Origin: Octopus sinensis
Lineage: Eukaryota
Reading direction: 5' to 3'
Assembly (NCBI RefSeq): GCF_006345805.1
Contig: NC_043005.1
Coordinates: 49,290,001 to 49,354,000 of the forward strand
Length of the DNA: 64,000 nt
Shown piece by piece: positions 12,263-25,319 of the stretch (position 1 is the first letter of the stretch; each line of letters starts with the position of its first letter). Position numbers and translations under genes: made by a program. Under the pieces are notes generated by a model. It did no database searches. It was not told the DNA's origin and saw only the letters and a list, made by a program, of their open reading frames with translations.

Positions 12263-12979
12263 ATAAGGTTTTGGTCGGCCCGAGGTTCTAATAGAAGACA
12301 CTTGCCCAAGGTGCAACGCAGTGGGACTGAACCCGGAACCGTGTGGTTGGTCAGCAAGCTACTTACCACACAGCCACTCCTGCGCCTATGTATGTATGTA
12401 TGTATGTATGTATGTATGTATGTATGTATGTATGTATGTATGTATGTATGTATGTATGTATGCATGCGCAACTGGAGCACGATGCGGTCCTTAGGCCCAT
12501 CGGATCCTGTCCAACTGTACAACTCATGCCAGCATGGAACACGGTTATTAAACAACAATGATGATGTGTGTAGGGGCGTGAGTTTTTGTGCTTGAATATG
12601 TGTGTCCCACACCGCTGGACAATCTCTGTTCTTTTTTTTTTCTGTTTGTTTTTGCTTGCGTCTCCGTAACTTAGCAAAAGAGGCCGTTAAAATAAGTACT
12701 GGATGTGAAAAAGCACGAGTATTGGAGTCGATTTGTTTCACTAAACTCTTTAAGGCGATGTCTCAGCGAGGCAGCCGAAACAAGTAAAAAATTGAAAAAG
12801 ATTAACATATTTTCCACCTGACTTGTTGATCTTTGTGACGTTTCTTTCTTTCGTTTTTTCTTTCATCGGGAATAACATTTTCAAGGTGTGTTTCATTCAT
12901 TTATTCCTCCCCACCTTTCATATATGTATGTAGGTAACAGGTAAATCTAGAAGAGACCACAGTACAAATGACAAAGGAA

Positions 12980-12980
12980 G

Positions 12981-13020
<40 letters not shown>

Positions 13021-13129
13021 TAATAATAATAATGATAATAATAATAATAATAAAAACAACAACAAAAACAACAACAACAACAACAACAACAACAATAATA
13101 ATAATGATAATAATAATAATAATGATAAA

Positions 13130-13176
<47 letters not shown>

Positions 13177-13290
13177 TAAAATAATAATAATAATGATAAT
13201 AATATTGATAAAAATAATAATAATAATAATAATAATGATAAAATAATAATAATAATGATGATGATGATGATAATAATAATAATAATAATA

Positions 13291-13333
<43 letters not shown>
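12980..13333. repeat. Compound trinucleotide microsatellite (AAT)n/(AAC)n/(GAT)n
   Basis: Seen directly. Confidence 0.97.
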
Positions 13334-13335
<2 letters not shown>

Positions 13336-14440
13336 CCAGGCCCAACATGTCGTGTATGTAAACAACAAAATGAAACCAGTGCTCATGTTGTTTGCATGTG
13401 CAGTCTTCTTGCCCCACAAAGTATCTCAACAGGCATGATAGAGCAGCACAAGATATTCACTGGCGGCGAGCTGGCAGAAACGTTAGCACACCGGGCGAAA
13501 TGCTTAGCGGTATTGCGTCTGTCGTTGCGTTCTGAGTTCAAATTCCGCCGAGGTCGACTTTGCCTTTCATCCTTTCGGGGTCGATAAATTAAGTACCAGT
13601 TACGCACTGGGGTCGATGTAATCGACTTAATCCATTTGTCTGTCCTTGTTTGTCCCCTCTATGTTTAGCCCCTTGTGGGCAATAAAGAAAAAGATATTCA
13701 CTGGGTAATTTGCAAAAGCCTGGACTTGCCCCATGATAAAAAACTGGGAGGAACACAAACCATCTCCAGTGCTTGAAAATAACCACATCGCACTCCTCTG
13801 GAACTTCACCATTCAAACTGACAGAAAGATAGATACGATTAGGCCAGACACCATATTGACAGACTTCAGACAAAAATCATGCCTCCTCATTGATATGACT
13901 GTTCCAATCGACATAAATGTATCTGTCAAGACCTATCAAAAACTGATCAAGTATAAAGACCTTGAAATAGAAATTGGTAAAATGTGGAACCTCAAGATTA
14001 AACAATATATGTTGTCATAGGTGCCCTAGGAATGATAGCAAAAGGGGCTGATTCCTACCTAGCTCGGATACCAGGAAATCCCTAAATGGAAGAAATTTTA
14101 AAAAATAGTACTCATGGGTACTAATATCCTACGTAAAATATTGTCTATGTAATCCCCCAAATATTTTAATCTGTAAACAGTGCCAAAATACTTTTAAATG
14201 TACATAACAGCAAACAGCTTTTACTGTCATCTCAACATCAGACTATCATCTTATACTCAAATAACTTTTAAAACAAACTTCTAATTTACTTATGTTTTGA
14301 CAGACACTCTATAGAACAATACTCTGTGCAAAACCAAATATATGGCACCTTAGTCATAACACCGACGCCAACGTCTAACTTGTCTCTGGAGGTCTCTGGG
14401 TGAGACTTGGACTCAACTTGTACAAATACAAAGCAAACAT
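13334..14440 (+). mobile_element. R4/Dong-like non-LTR retrotransposon 3' fragment (zinc knuckle plus restriction-like endonuclease and 3' UTR)
   Basis: CRVCKQQNETSAHVVCMC, RHD, LLWNFTIQTDRKIDTIRPD...LLIDMTVP...KYKDLEIEI. Confidence 0.85.
13464..13690 (+). mobile_element. SINE inserted in the R4-like fragment
   Basis: 14-bp TSD aagatattcactgg at 13450-13463 and 13691-13704. Confidence 0.9.
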
Positions 14441-14522
14441 TGATAATGATGATGATGATGACGACAGGGAGGAAGAGGAGAAGGAGGAGGAGTGACCTGA
14501 AGATAGAGACATAAGCATTCAT

Positions 14523-14935
14523 ATGTACAGCTCAGGAACAAGGGTTAAGGAGACTACCGATAGCGACAAATGCAAAATGTATGATGAGAAGGGTGAAACG
14601 GTATGGTACATCATTAGCGAGTGCTCGAAATTGACACAACGAGAATACAAACGGCGCTATGACAATCTGGCAAGAATGATCCATTGGGAGCTCTGTGGAA
14701 ATCACGGCCTACAAAGAGCGAAGCCGTGATATGAGTAAATTCTAGAAGGAATTACCGAAAATGGGAACTGCAAAATCCTGTGGGATGTAATGATCCAGTG
14801 CGATCACCCAAACAGGACAGTGATGTGATGAATAAAAAAGAAAGAACATGAATGATAATTGACATAGCATGCTCCATGACAACAGGATCAATGTGAAAGA
14901 AGAAAAAATAAATAGCTATGACGATGCAAAATGCC
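14523..14935 (+). mobile_element. Second R4/Dong-like RLE fragment (different subfamily)
   Basis: SDKCKMYDEKGETVWYIISECSKLTQREYKRRYDNLARMIHWELC, then ENGNCKILWDVMIQCDH. Confidence 0.8.
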
Positions 14936-15399
14936 ATAGCACAGCTGTGCTATGATGTGACAACTGAAATAGTTTTCCTGTCATGCTACACTCCCAAACA
15001 TTCCAGCTGATACCTGCGCATACCAGCAGGCAGTAAAGACAGACTGTTAGGGGACGTCGAAGTCTGGGGCAGTAAATGAAGAGCGACACGCACACACACA
15101 TAGTTATAATTATCTGGTGCGATTTAAAGTTTAAATTGTAGAACAAATAAATAGAATTCATGAAGTGTTTTCCCGTTCGTGTTATTGTCCTTGTATCATT
15201 TAGTATGAACGCAGAGTTTTAGTATAGCACAGTATACGTAGAAAATAAAGCAATAAACAATATCTCATCTTTTGAACACACATACACACGAAAGCATTAC
15301 CGAAAATAATTTTTTAAATGGGTAGGGGCGTGCGTAACTTCTTTATTAATTGATATAGGTCGTTCACTTTGTACATCTTGATATAGTAGCTCTTTAACT

Positions 15400-15690
15400 C
15401 AACTCCTATACAAAGGTGTTAAACATAATCTTCATCACAAGCGATGCATTCACTGTCATTAAACCTAACTCGCGAACCTTGTTTGAGAAAATCCAAGTGT
15501 GGCTCTGCTGTATACACATTTTTTACAATTACTTTCATCTCGTCCGTGCCATCAAATCGTTTATCTCTGATTTCTGTTTTTCATTCCGTGGAACTTGTGA
15601 AAGTCGAAGAGCGTCAGATTTGGATGGGGGACCACCGACCAACCAAATTTGCCAATTGTCTGATGGTCGTCACGCATTATCATGGTGAAT
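15400..15690 (-). mobile_element. mariner transposase C-terminal remnant
   Basis: Minus frame reads HDNACDDHQTIGKFGW...IRDKRFDGTDEMK...ECIACDEDYV, a degenerate mariner catalytic end. Confidence 0.6.
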
Positions 15691-16097
15691 GTGAGTCGTA
15701 TCTTTGTTTGTTTGTCTGTTTGTTTAGACATATGTAAGCTTTCTCTGTTTCTCTATATTACGGAGGTATATCCTTAATGTAGACCAAGATAGACTATACT
15801 GCTCGTTGATATCAGTTTTCCAGAGGAATGATGTAGACAAATCTTACAAAACCTCTAGTTGGTATGCAGAGTATTTCCTTTCAAGATTTTTCATTAATGT
15901 GGTATTTCTGGGATCGTCTGGAATACTACGCTCTGATTGTTTCTCTGTATGCTCGTAACTCCTTGCATATAAACCAACCTTTGTATTTTTAAACATTTGT
16001 AAGATGTGTTGATTTTTTGTTCTTTTGACGCTGTATGATAGAGTCAACTAATAAAAAAAAATTCAAGTAATTTTTTGCTAGGCGTGTCATTTATAAA

Positions 16098-16127
16098 GCC
16101 TCGCAGGCCGCAGGTTGCTCACCACTA
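16098..16127 (-). mobile_element. Isolated hAT-Charlie-like terminus
   Basis: Reverse complement tagtggtgagcaacctgcggcctgcgagg. Confidence 0.4.
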
Positions 16128-17239
16128 TTATGAACTATATGATCAAGTGTTCTTATTAGTTCCGGTTATACACATTTCAGCGAAATTCCGAAATTTCGAA
16201 TATCAAAGTAGATATACATTCACATCAATGTACTCTTGGTAACAAGATAAAAATTACTATAAAAAAATTCTGTGGAAATTAAACCAAACTAGAAAAGCAC
16301 CCGGAGAACGCCGACCTCCACCAAAGCAGTTCATTTTCATCCACATACACGCATGCTGAAAATCGCCCAATTTCCCAAACCATCGCCGGTAAAAACATAA
16401 AGTCCTTGGTGGGGGTACAAAAAAAAAATAACACAGTCACTTTCATTACCACAACCAGTATAACCACTACATTACCACCATCACACAACTAACACTATCA
16501 TCAACACCACTATTACCACCATCACCTCAGCATCACACATCATACCGCTCATGTCGCCATTATAACCACCGATACTATTTTATTCTCCCCACATACTTAT
16601 CTCGACCATCGTCATCATCAACACTGTATCTGTTTCCACCACAATCACCGTCAAAACTACAATCACTACAATCAGTTTCTTTACACAGTTGAAAATCCAT
16701 TATCCGATACTCATGGTACCGAGATTGTTGCAGACTTTTGACTTTTCTAATTTCGGAGTTCTTTATAAAAAAAATTGCATCTACAAAATGGAACAGTTTG
16801 AGGATAGAAACCAGGTCTAAACACAATAGCTTATAGACATACTCTGAATGTAGTTCTATATAAATCTTTAATAATTTTTTTTATACTTAAGACCATCAGA
16901 AATGTTAAGATATCAGCCTCTACCCACGTTGTCATGCAGGGTAATACACTGGCAGTTTCAGACGGTGGCTGAAGCCATGTCACTTATCAGGGGAGTGAAT
17001 CAGTGTGGGCATCCGGTAATTGGTGGTTTCCATCATGGATAAGCTAACACGCATGGTTATGCGGTGGCTAGCTTGAAATGGCCGGGATTTAATGAAAGAG
17101 AAAGAAGGAAGAGGAAAGACAGAAGAAAAATACAAATTCATTTGCAACATAAAGTTCAAATATTTACGTTAGTAAAATATCAGAAACAGAAAAGGTTAGT
17201 TGATATTGCGATTTAAGGGATTTATCTATTGGTCACGAC

Positions 17240-18850
17240 ACCTCATGGCGGTGGAAACGTTTCACCATTCGAAGCTGGATGGTAACTAGTAGTCCGAATG
17301 CGCCGCGCACCTAGAATTTTCGAAAGCTCATGGAAGAGCTGGAATTCGAACTGTCTCCCACGGTCAGTGGTAATCATGGTAGGAACGCCGTAGCGCGATA
17401 TCTAACTCGATACCAGGACTCGCGCTACCGATTCTACTGTAATATTGCATAAAGGGACGGCTTCAGGCCAATGTATAAAGCAGTCGATGCACGTGAAGAG
17501 ATACGTAAAGCCTTGAGTGACAGGCCACGGTCCAACTAGGTCGATATGGATATGGCTCAAACGAGCATCCGGAGTGCACCTTAGATTTCTGGCAGAAAAG
17601 GCAAGAACGTGACCAAACAGTCTCATATTCGGTCAGAAGAATCTAACCGAAATGAGTTTCACTGTGGCTGAAGCTCCGGGATGCGAGAGACTATACAGAG
17701 TGTGGAAAACAGTTCAACACTGAATCTCTGGAACAAAAGGAAGAGGTGTATCCGTCGAGATGTCACATAATATTTGTGCGCCAGACGTAGGCACAGGTAA
17801 GTACTTAAATTTACATGTCGGAAATTCAGGTGAAGCAGATCGATCGACTATAGGGGAGGCTGGTCTGCAGAAAGAAGATGGAAGCCGATATCTGAAGGTG
17901 ATGATAAAGAATTAACATGAAGGCGAGAGAGAGAGCATCTGCCGTTGCATTCTGTGCAACAGAGATATGACAAATATTGGTAAACTGCGAAACAAAATCT
18001 AGGTGGCGAGCTTCCCGAGGTGAGTATTTCTCGGGCTCAGAACGAAGTGCGAAAGTAAGCGGACGGTGATCGGTATAGATCGTAAATTGGCAACTTTCAA
18101 GTGAGTGTCGAGAGTGTCTAACTACCAGGTACATAGCCAAAAGTTCACGACCGAACGTGCTATAGCGGATTTCAGCAAGCTTAAGCTGCCCCGAGAAGAA
18201 ACCAAGAGGTTGTACTTGCTGTTGATGTTGCTGCAAAACTGCACCAACAGCTGTGTTTGATGCATCAGCGACCAGCGAAAGCTGGGCATCAGACACAGGA
18301 CATGTAGCAAGAGAAGCGCTCGCCAGCTCCTGTTTAACTTTGGTGAATTCCTCAAGATGAACCGGGTCAAGAGAAATAGGCTCGTCCTTCTTTTTTTTCT
18401 ATTCCATAAGAGATCGGACAGAGGAAACAGGAGGTCCGCAATAAACCGACAGGAGGAATAAACCGACGTTAATGAAAACACCAAGGAACTGTCGAAGCTG
18501 TCGCAAAGAAGTAAGTGGGGGACCCCGCCCCCTAAATCACAAAATAAGGGGGGGGGATCTGCCTTATTTTTCCAATCCTGGCAGCAACACTGTAGCTGCA
18601 AGTAGGATAATAATCTAATTCTACACTTTATCACATTCAAGTATATAGACACGTTTTTAAAAGCACAACAGATGCGGAGTCGAAAAGAAACACTACATTC
18701 CACCAGCGCGTCAGGGTCGGCACTGCGTGAGTCACAGTGCCTTCTTTTCCTAGCGTAGAGCTTCCTATCTCTGACATGTGAGCATGCGCACAACAGCCAA
18801 ACATTGCGTTGCTGGAACTGTGAAGCGCACAGTTTTATACATGGATTTTT
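17240..18850 (-). mobile_element. Second Ty3/Gypsy pol remnant (RT end, RNase H, integrase), internally deleted
   Basis: [79 protein letters not shown]. Confidence 0.88.
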
Positions 18851-19208
18851 ATATTTTTTCATAAAAACTACTGACATGAAGCTTAAGGATTATATAATGT
18901 ACAAGTATAAAGAAAGAATTAAAGAAAAAAAAAGGACTCATTATATTGAATGTCATCGATAATATCGAGTAGAAATAGAGAGTGCTGCAGTTCCGCGGTG
19001 CCTATACACGAGCCGCCACTATCTCCATGTCTTTAGTATCACCATTCACTACGCTATTGTGTGGTGGAAAATGATATTTGAAACGAAAGTTCTGGAGAAA
19101 ACGTTCGAACATTGTGATGTCATAATGAAAGCAATAGAGAAATTAAAAATCTTTTGGATGAGATGAATGATTCGTAATTTCATATACAGACACTAATGTG
19201 TGTATGCG

Positions 19209-19239
<31 letters not shown>

Positions 19240-20406
19240 TGTGTGTGTGTGTGCGTGTGTGTGTGCGGGCGCGCGTTTGCTCGCACGTATGCGTGCATGT
19301 GTTACAATTCTGACTCAAGAGTCATAAAATCTACCCTTTACTCTGCGAGAAAAGACCTTTGTTGTCAGCAGCTTAACTCCCATTGTGTGTCCACTTTGCC
19401 AAAGGCTTTCTCCACTTTTAGAAGACCAAATATAGTATTTTACTTTTGGTTAAGTATTTCTCCTATAGTTATTTTCCCAGGAAGTCATCGTGGGATTCAC
19501 CGAAATATTCATTAAAGTTGCCAGCCACGACAATAAATTCTTGTTAATCGTTGATGAGGTGTTCTACAGAAGGCTCTCAGAAACGGTCCTTTTGTTCGTC
19601 TTACAATTACGACTGTAGAGCGTATGTAGACTTTCGGATTACATCCTTTTCTCAACCCACTCAGCACCAATTTTGGCCAATGTTATTTTTACACAACGCA
19701 CTTAAAAACGATGGGAAAAACCTTGAAATATTTAGCCAAAAGAAAAGTTTTGGAAATTGGCAATCACCATTATAATCCTTACTTTCTTTATTTTCAAACA
19801 GAATAGGAAACAATTTAAAAACATAGTGAAATTGTTTCATTAACCCCGCCATAAATACTAAAATTTCGTTATTTTTTCGAAATTCTTTTTTTTTACTCAT
19901 AGATTTAAAATACGGATAATCCGAATCTGCAATTTGTTTCTGTTTATAATTTCAAAATAATTTTCAGACGAAAATGTGATTTAAGGGAGATTTAGCTAGT
20001 GTTTCTAGCACATCTCACGATCACCTGGTATCTTCCTCGTTTCTTTGTCACACTGACAGGTATTGATGTTTCATAATATTTTTCTTTTCATAAACACATT
20101 TTATGAAATGATCATACTGTGGTCTATTGCCGGAATTTAAGCAACAACAATTAAAAAAAAAATTGTATTTTAAATCTCGACCCGCCCACGTTGCGCATCC
20201 GATTGAGCCAGAACACTCACCCATAAATTTCAGTCACATTTATGTATAGATACTGCACAGTCGCTTTAATCGGAGTATATATATTATTATTATTATGTAT
20301 TATTAAATAGTTATAATTGTATAAAAAATACTTTCGTAGTCGCTTTTCGACCGAAACATATCAAGCCTACGGGTTGTTTACAAATATCATATATATATAT
20401 ATGCGC

Positions 20407-20474
<68 letters not shown>

Positions 20475-20488
20475 GTATATATAAGGAG

Positions 20489-20526
20489 GATTTAACGTTT
20501 CGAGCGGACCTCTTCGTCAGAAACAT
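20489..20526 (-). ncRNA. Putative minimal hammerhead ribozyme motif in a PLE terminal-repeat fragment
   Basis: Reverse complement: ttt-CTGACGA-A-GAG(gtccg)CTC-GAAAC-GTT-aaa, with palindromic stem III AACGTT. Confidence 0.55.
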
Positions 20527-20934
20527 AGGAAAAAGAAAGATCCAAGGAAAGGAAGGCGGAGGAAAAAAATCGCCAACGATACACACGCGACATAAAAAAA
20601 AATCAATACAGAAAGAATAGTTATGACATGCAAAGACAAATAGGTATAGAGCTAAAAGAAATAAATTCAGAGGAGCCAACAGCTTGAACATGGAGAACAA
20701 ACACAAAGGTATATTAAATACCATAAACTCTAAATTTATTAAAATTATCTTCCCCTTGATAGAAGCAAGCTAAATAAATACGGGCAGGCGTGGCTGTTTT
20801 CCTACCACATGGTTCCGCGTTTAGTCCCACTGCGTGGCACATTGGGTAAGTCTCTCCTACTATATCCTCGGGCCGACCAAAGCACTGTGAGTGGATTTGG
20901 CAGACGGAAACTGGAAAGAAGCCTCTCGTGTATG

Positions 20935-21028
<94 letters not shown>

Positions 21029-21045
21029 GAGAAAAGAAGGCAGTC

Positions 21046-21172
21046 AGAATTTTGGATAATTCTTTATTAGCGCTTTCGTTCATTTATCGAAACTCGCCAG
21101 GACAAAATGAAAATGGTCATAACGAGTTCGATATACGAGCGAAAACGCTAATAAAGAATTATCCAAAATTCT
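21046..21172. repeat. Small foldback: 36-bp arms (2 mismatches) plus an inner stem
   Basis: 21046-21081 is the reverse complement of 21137-21172. Inner stem tatcgaaactcg / cgagttcgata. Confidence 0.85.
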
Positions 21173-21254
21173 CCTTTTTCTCAATATACAATATCTGTAC
21201 ACCACTTCAGACACACACACACACACACACACAATCTCTCTCTCTCTCTCTCTG

Positions 21255-21305
<51 letters not shown>

Positions 21306-21309
21306 CATA

Positions 21310-22127
21310 CATGGTACGATGGGTAAATTGTCGCCATTTTATATTTTTTATTTCGCGCAACCACATTGTTTCTTTTTGAATTTGTTGACTACACAGTATA
21401 GTTAGGGTTAGTTGGGTAGTGTCTATAAAAAATAAAACATCACTATGATGCAATTCACTCTACCAGAAATTTGGAAACGACATGCTGTACTGCTTGGCAT
21501 TCGCGCCGAAAGTTCCAATACGAACATTTCAGAGTGTTTGGGTGTCAACCTGAGAACTGTGCAATCTGAAGACATGTACTGAGGATGATAAAAATCAAAC
21601 ATCTAGTCAACATCATGGTGTTTAGAGTGATCACTAGTGATGATGACGTCATGCCTGCATTAATCTGCCCACACAGCCTCAGACTCAACACGGAGGCCTA
21701 CATCAAGTGCCTGAAGGAGGTAGTGTTGCTCTGGATCAAGAGAGTGGCTGCTGGAAGACCCTATGTCTGGCATGAGGACTCTGCATCATTCCACACAAGC
21801 AGGAGAACCCAGTCATAGCTCTTAGATAATTTCTGCGACCACACTACTCCTTACATTTGGCCCCCTAATTCCCCAGACTGCAACCCACTTGATTATGGCG
21901 GCGTTGACCAACTTAAACAAGGAGACGTCCAGAAGAGTTGCAAGAGATTCTGAAGTCGTCTGGAGGCCGTGGTTGAAGTCAATGGCGATTTTATGGAATA
22001 TATTTACTCTTTAGTATTTCAAGATATTTTAATGTAATTTTGGTAAATACATCTGTTTAAATGAGATGTCAGTGTGTTATTTTCATTTTTGCGTAATTTT
22101 GGACAACAGTTTATTCACTGCACCCTG
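21310..22127 (+). mobile_element. maT (DD37D/Bmmar1-like) Tc1/mariner element, internally deleted
   Basis: MVFRVITSDDDVMP...LNTEAYIKCLKEVVLLWIKRVAAGRPYVWHEDSASFHTSRRTQS, WPPNSPDCNPLDY. Imperfect TIRs. Confidence 0.82.
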
Positions 22128-22177
22128 TGTGTGTGTGTATATATATATATATATACATATACATACACACACATATA

Positions 22178-23053
22178 TCTTTATATATATAAAACTGAGA
22201 ATGTGTGTCTGTCTGTCTGTCTGTCTGTTTCCCTAAAACTTAAGAACTACACAACCAATTTCATTCAAATTTTACACATGCCTTACTTAGGGCCCGGGGA
22301 GTGTCATCGGCAAAAAATTTTAACTTTTTGCCTAGGGCGAGCCCACAGCAATATCATATCTTCTCCACTACGATTCCCTAAAACTTGAGAACTACACAAC
22401 CAATTTCATTCAAATTTTACACATGCCTTACTTAGGGTCCATGTAGTTTCATGGGCAAAAAAAATGTTCAACTTCTTGCCTAGAGCGAGCCCATAGCAAT
22501 ATCATATCTTTTCCACTATTTCAGTATTACGTGTTAAAAGTGAAACAAAAATATTTCTCTATTTTATGTCAGATGCTTTCACTTTAACAATAAAAATAAT
22601 AATAACAATTGAATTATATGTAGTAAGTAATAATTAAAATCAAACTAAAGTATAATATAATCGTAACATACAAAAGTAAAAATAGCAATTGGTATAAAAT
22701 TGCATCAATGATTTGAACTTGAATAAGTGGTTTCACATGAATGGGAATAAATTAAAAATAAAATTAGCGTGCAGAAATGGAATAGTCCAGATGGATAATA
22801 AAAAATTAAATTAAAGAAAAGCCTATTGTCTATAAAGTATACAATGTAGAGAAAAAAGAACAGCTAACAATTTCAGTCTGTTATATATTTTGAGTATTAT
22901 TATCACTAGCGATATCAAGATATAACTTCGTATTTTGCATTTTATGTGTAGATGTATATATATACATGTACATGTAATATGTACACATATATATATACAC
23001 ATATATACATGCACTAGCACTATGACCCGGCAACGACGGGTCTTTAATGCTAG
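22178..23053 (+). mobile_element. Non-autonomous Helitron-like element
   Basis: 5' A|TCTTTATATATATAAAA, (CTGT)n, internal ~150-bp tandem duplication, 3' hairpin GACCCG-gcaacga-CGGGTC (23024-23042) and CTAG|T end. Confidence 0.75.
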
Positions 23054-23064
23054 TATATATATAT

Positions 23065-23470
23065 ATTTATATAATTCATGTTCAGTTAATTGGAGGACAG
23101 AAAATGGGGAGTTGAAAGTTAATAATTATTTGTTATTAACAGATTAGTAATCTTTACTTCTTACAGCCGTTTCCATTAGTGCCCAATAGGTAAATTACAG
23201 ATTTATGTGTTAAATTTGCATTTATATGTTATGAACGTATTTTCTTCTGAGAAAAGGATATACCTTAAAATGTTACACGCCGACCTATCAGAAGAAATTT
23301 TACTCATAACATATAAATGCAAAGTTAATGCATGAATCTATAATCTACCTACTGGGCTCTAGCGGAAACGTCTGTAAGAAGTATAGATTACCAATTTGTT
23401 AATAATAAATAATTATTAACTTCCAACTCTCCATTTTCTCTCCTTCAATTAACTGAACATGTATTATATG
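23065..23470. repeat. Imperfect foldback, ~170-bp arms, probably head-to-head PLE terminal-repeat pieces
   Basis: 23065-23240 approximately equals the reverse complement of 23303-23470. Both arms carry ggaaacg(g/t)ctgtaagaag, resembling the hammerhead 3' half seen at 23858-23873. Confidence 0.75.
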
Positions 23471-23595
23471 CTTAATATATATACCTATTAATTTAAGGGA
23501 ATTTCATTTCCCCTAAAATACTAGGTATAGAACTAGTATTTCATTGGATGTAACCACGCCTTTATGAGACTAACATATCCTCTAAGAAAATTTAA

Positions 23596-23685
<90 letters not shown>

Positions 23686-23694
23686 AATATATAT

Positions 23695-23945
23695 AAGAGT
23701 TTTTTGCATAATGGGATGAAAAACCAAGGCTGTGTAGATATTTGAACATCTATAGATAGAAGGTCTTACAGCTGTTTCCAGGATATTTGTTATTATATCC
23801 CTTCAACCATCCTCTCACCCCGTCTCCGATGAAGGGATATAATTAATAAATATCCTAGAAACAGCTGTAAGACCTTCTATCTATAATTGTTCCAATATCT
23901 ACACAGCCTTGTTTTTTTTTTATCTCATTACGCAAAAAAATTCTT
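23695..23945. mobile_element. Inverted pair of PLE terminal repeats
   Basis: 23695-23805 is the reverse complement of ~23829-23945. Further copies at 25634-25720 and 25905-26035. Confidence 0.75.
23822..23873 (+). ncRNA. Putative minimal type I hammerhead ribozyme (U4C variant)
   Basis: GTCT-CCGATGA-A-GGGATAT(loop)ATATCCT-A-GAAAC-agct-GTA-AGAC. Stem I GTCT/AGAC; palindromic stem III ACAGCTGT. A minus-strand copy lies at 25972-26023. Confidence 0.55.
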
Positions 23946-24597
23946 ATATACACACGCTGACATATGACCAACGCTGAACCCCTTATTCGCAAAATCACCG
24001 AACCTGGAACTTAACTACGGTCTGTCTATAGCACTTATTTAGCATTACCTGACACCTTTGGGTCTCAATGACACCATTACCTCTTATAACCTCAATATAT
24101 ATATATACACACACATATTATATTTGTGTGTGTGTGTATGTTTGCGGCTGTGTTTGTCCCCCATCACTGTTGACAACCAGTGTTGGTTTGTTTATGTCAC
24201 CACAACTTTGTGCTACGGCGAAAGAGCACGATAGAATAAGTACCAGGTTTTTTTAATAATATAAGTCTTGGGTAAAATTCAGTTGACTAAAATTTCTTCA
24301 AGGCAGTGTCCCAGTATGGCCGGAATCCTATGACTAAAACAAGTTAAAGTTAAAAAGTAAATGCTTGGTGGAAAACTGCAATAATCTCCGAATGAGGTGG
24401 GGGTGGGGGATAATTTCAAGAATGATCAAGAATTCTTCGTAATTGACAAAGAAAAGAAGATAGCGTAAGTTTTTTAGAGAGGAGAGGACAGCAGTGAAAG
24501 CGTGTTTCTGTCCCAATAAGTGTCATCAGCGTACACCTGCACGCACATACATATGGAAAAAAAAAACAAAGAAAAGGAAAGGAAAAAGGAAAAGGAA

Positions 24598-24629
<32 letters not shown>

Positions 24630-24869
24630 AGGGAGAGAGAGAGAGTCACACGGACAGACAGACAGAGAACAATGTAGAATTGACTGCGAAAAATTTTGCA
24701 ACTAGTAAAACCACATTTGCAACAAGCACGTTTCATTAACCGTGACCAGAAAGTCATTCATGCAAAATAGTTTGTATCAAACACCACTTCAATTTCTTTT
24801 TAACTATTCAATCCCAAAACTTTATAAATACAATGGATTCTTAGTATGAAATACTTTGGGTGTGTTCGT

Positions 24870-25200
24870 GTATGTATGTATGTATGTATGTATGTATGTA
24901 TGTATGTATGTGTATGTATGTATGTATGTATGTATGTATGTATGTATGTATGTATGTATGTATGTATGTATGTATGTATGTATGTATGTATGTATGTATG
25001 TATGTATGTGTGTATGTATGTATGTATGTATGTATGTATGTATATATGTATGTATGTATGTATGTGTGTATGTATGTATGTATGTATGTGTGTATGTATG
25101 TACGTATGTATGTATGTATGTATGTATGTATGTATGTATGTATGTATGTATGTATGTATGTATGTATATATGTATGTATGTATGTATGTGTGTATGTATG

Positions 25201-25234
<34 letters not shown>

Positions 25235-25260
25235 TGTATGTATGTATGTATGTATGTGTA
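24870..25260. repeat. (TATG)n microsatellite, ~390 bp
   Basis: Seen directly. Further TATG/CATA arrays at 25727-25880 and 26355-26670. Confidence 0.97.
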
Positions 25261-25279
25261 TAAATGATTGTATAGATGG

Positions 25280-25319
<40 letters not shown>

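Noticed and set aside
18122-18877. 251-aa minus-strand ORF as a novel protein
   Set aside because: It drifts between frames of a decayed Gypsy RT/connection region.
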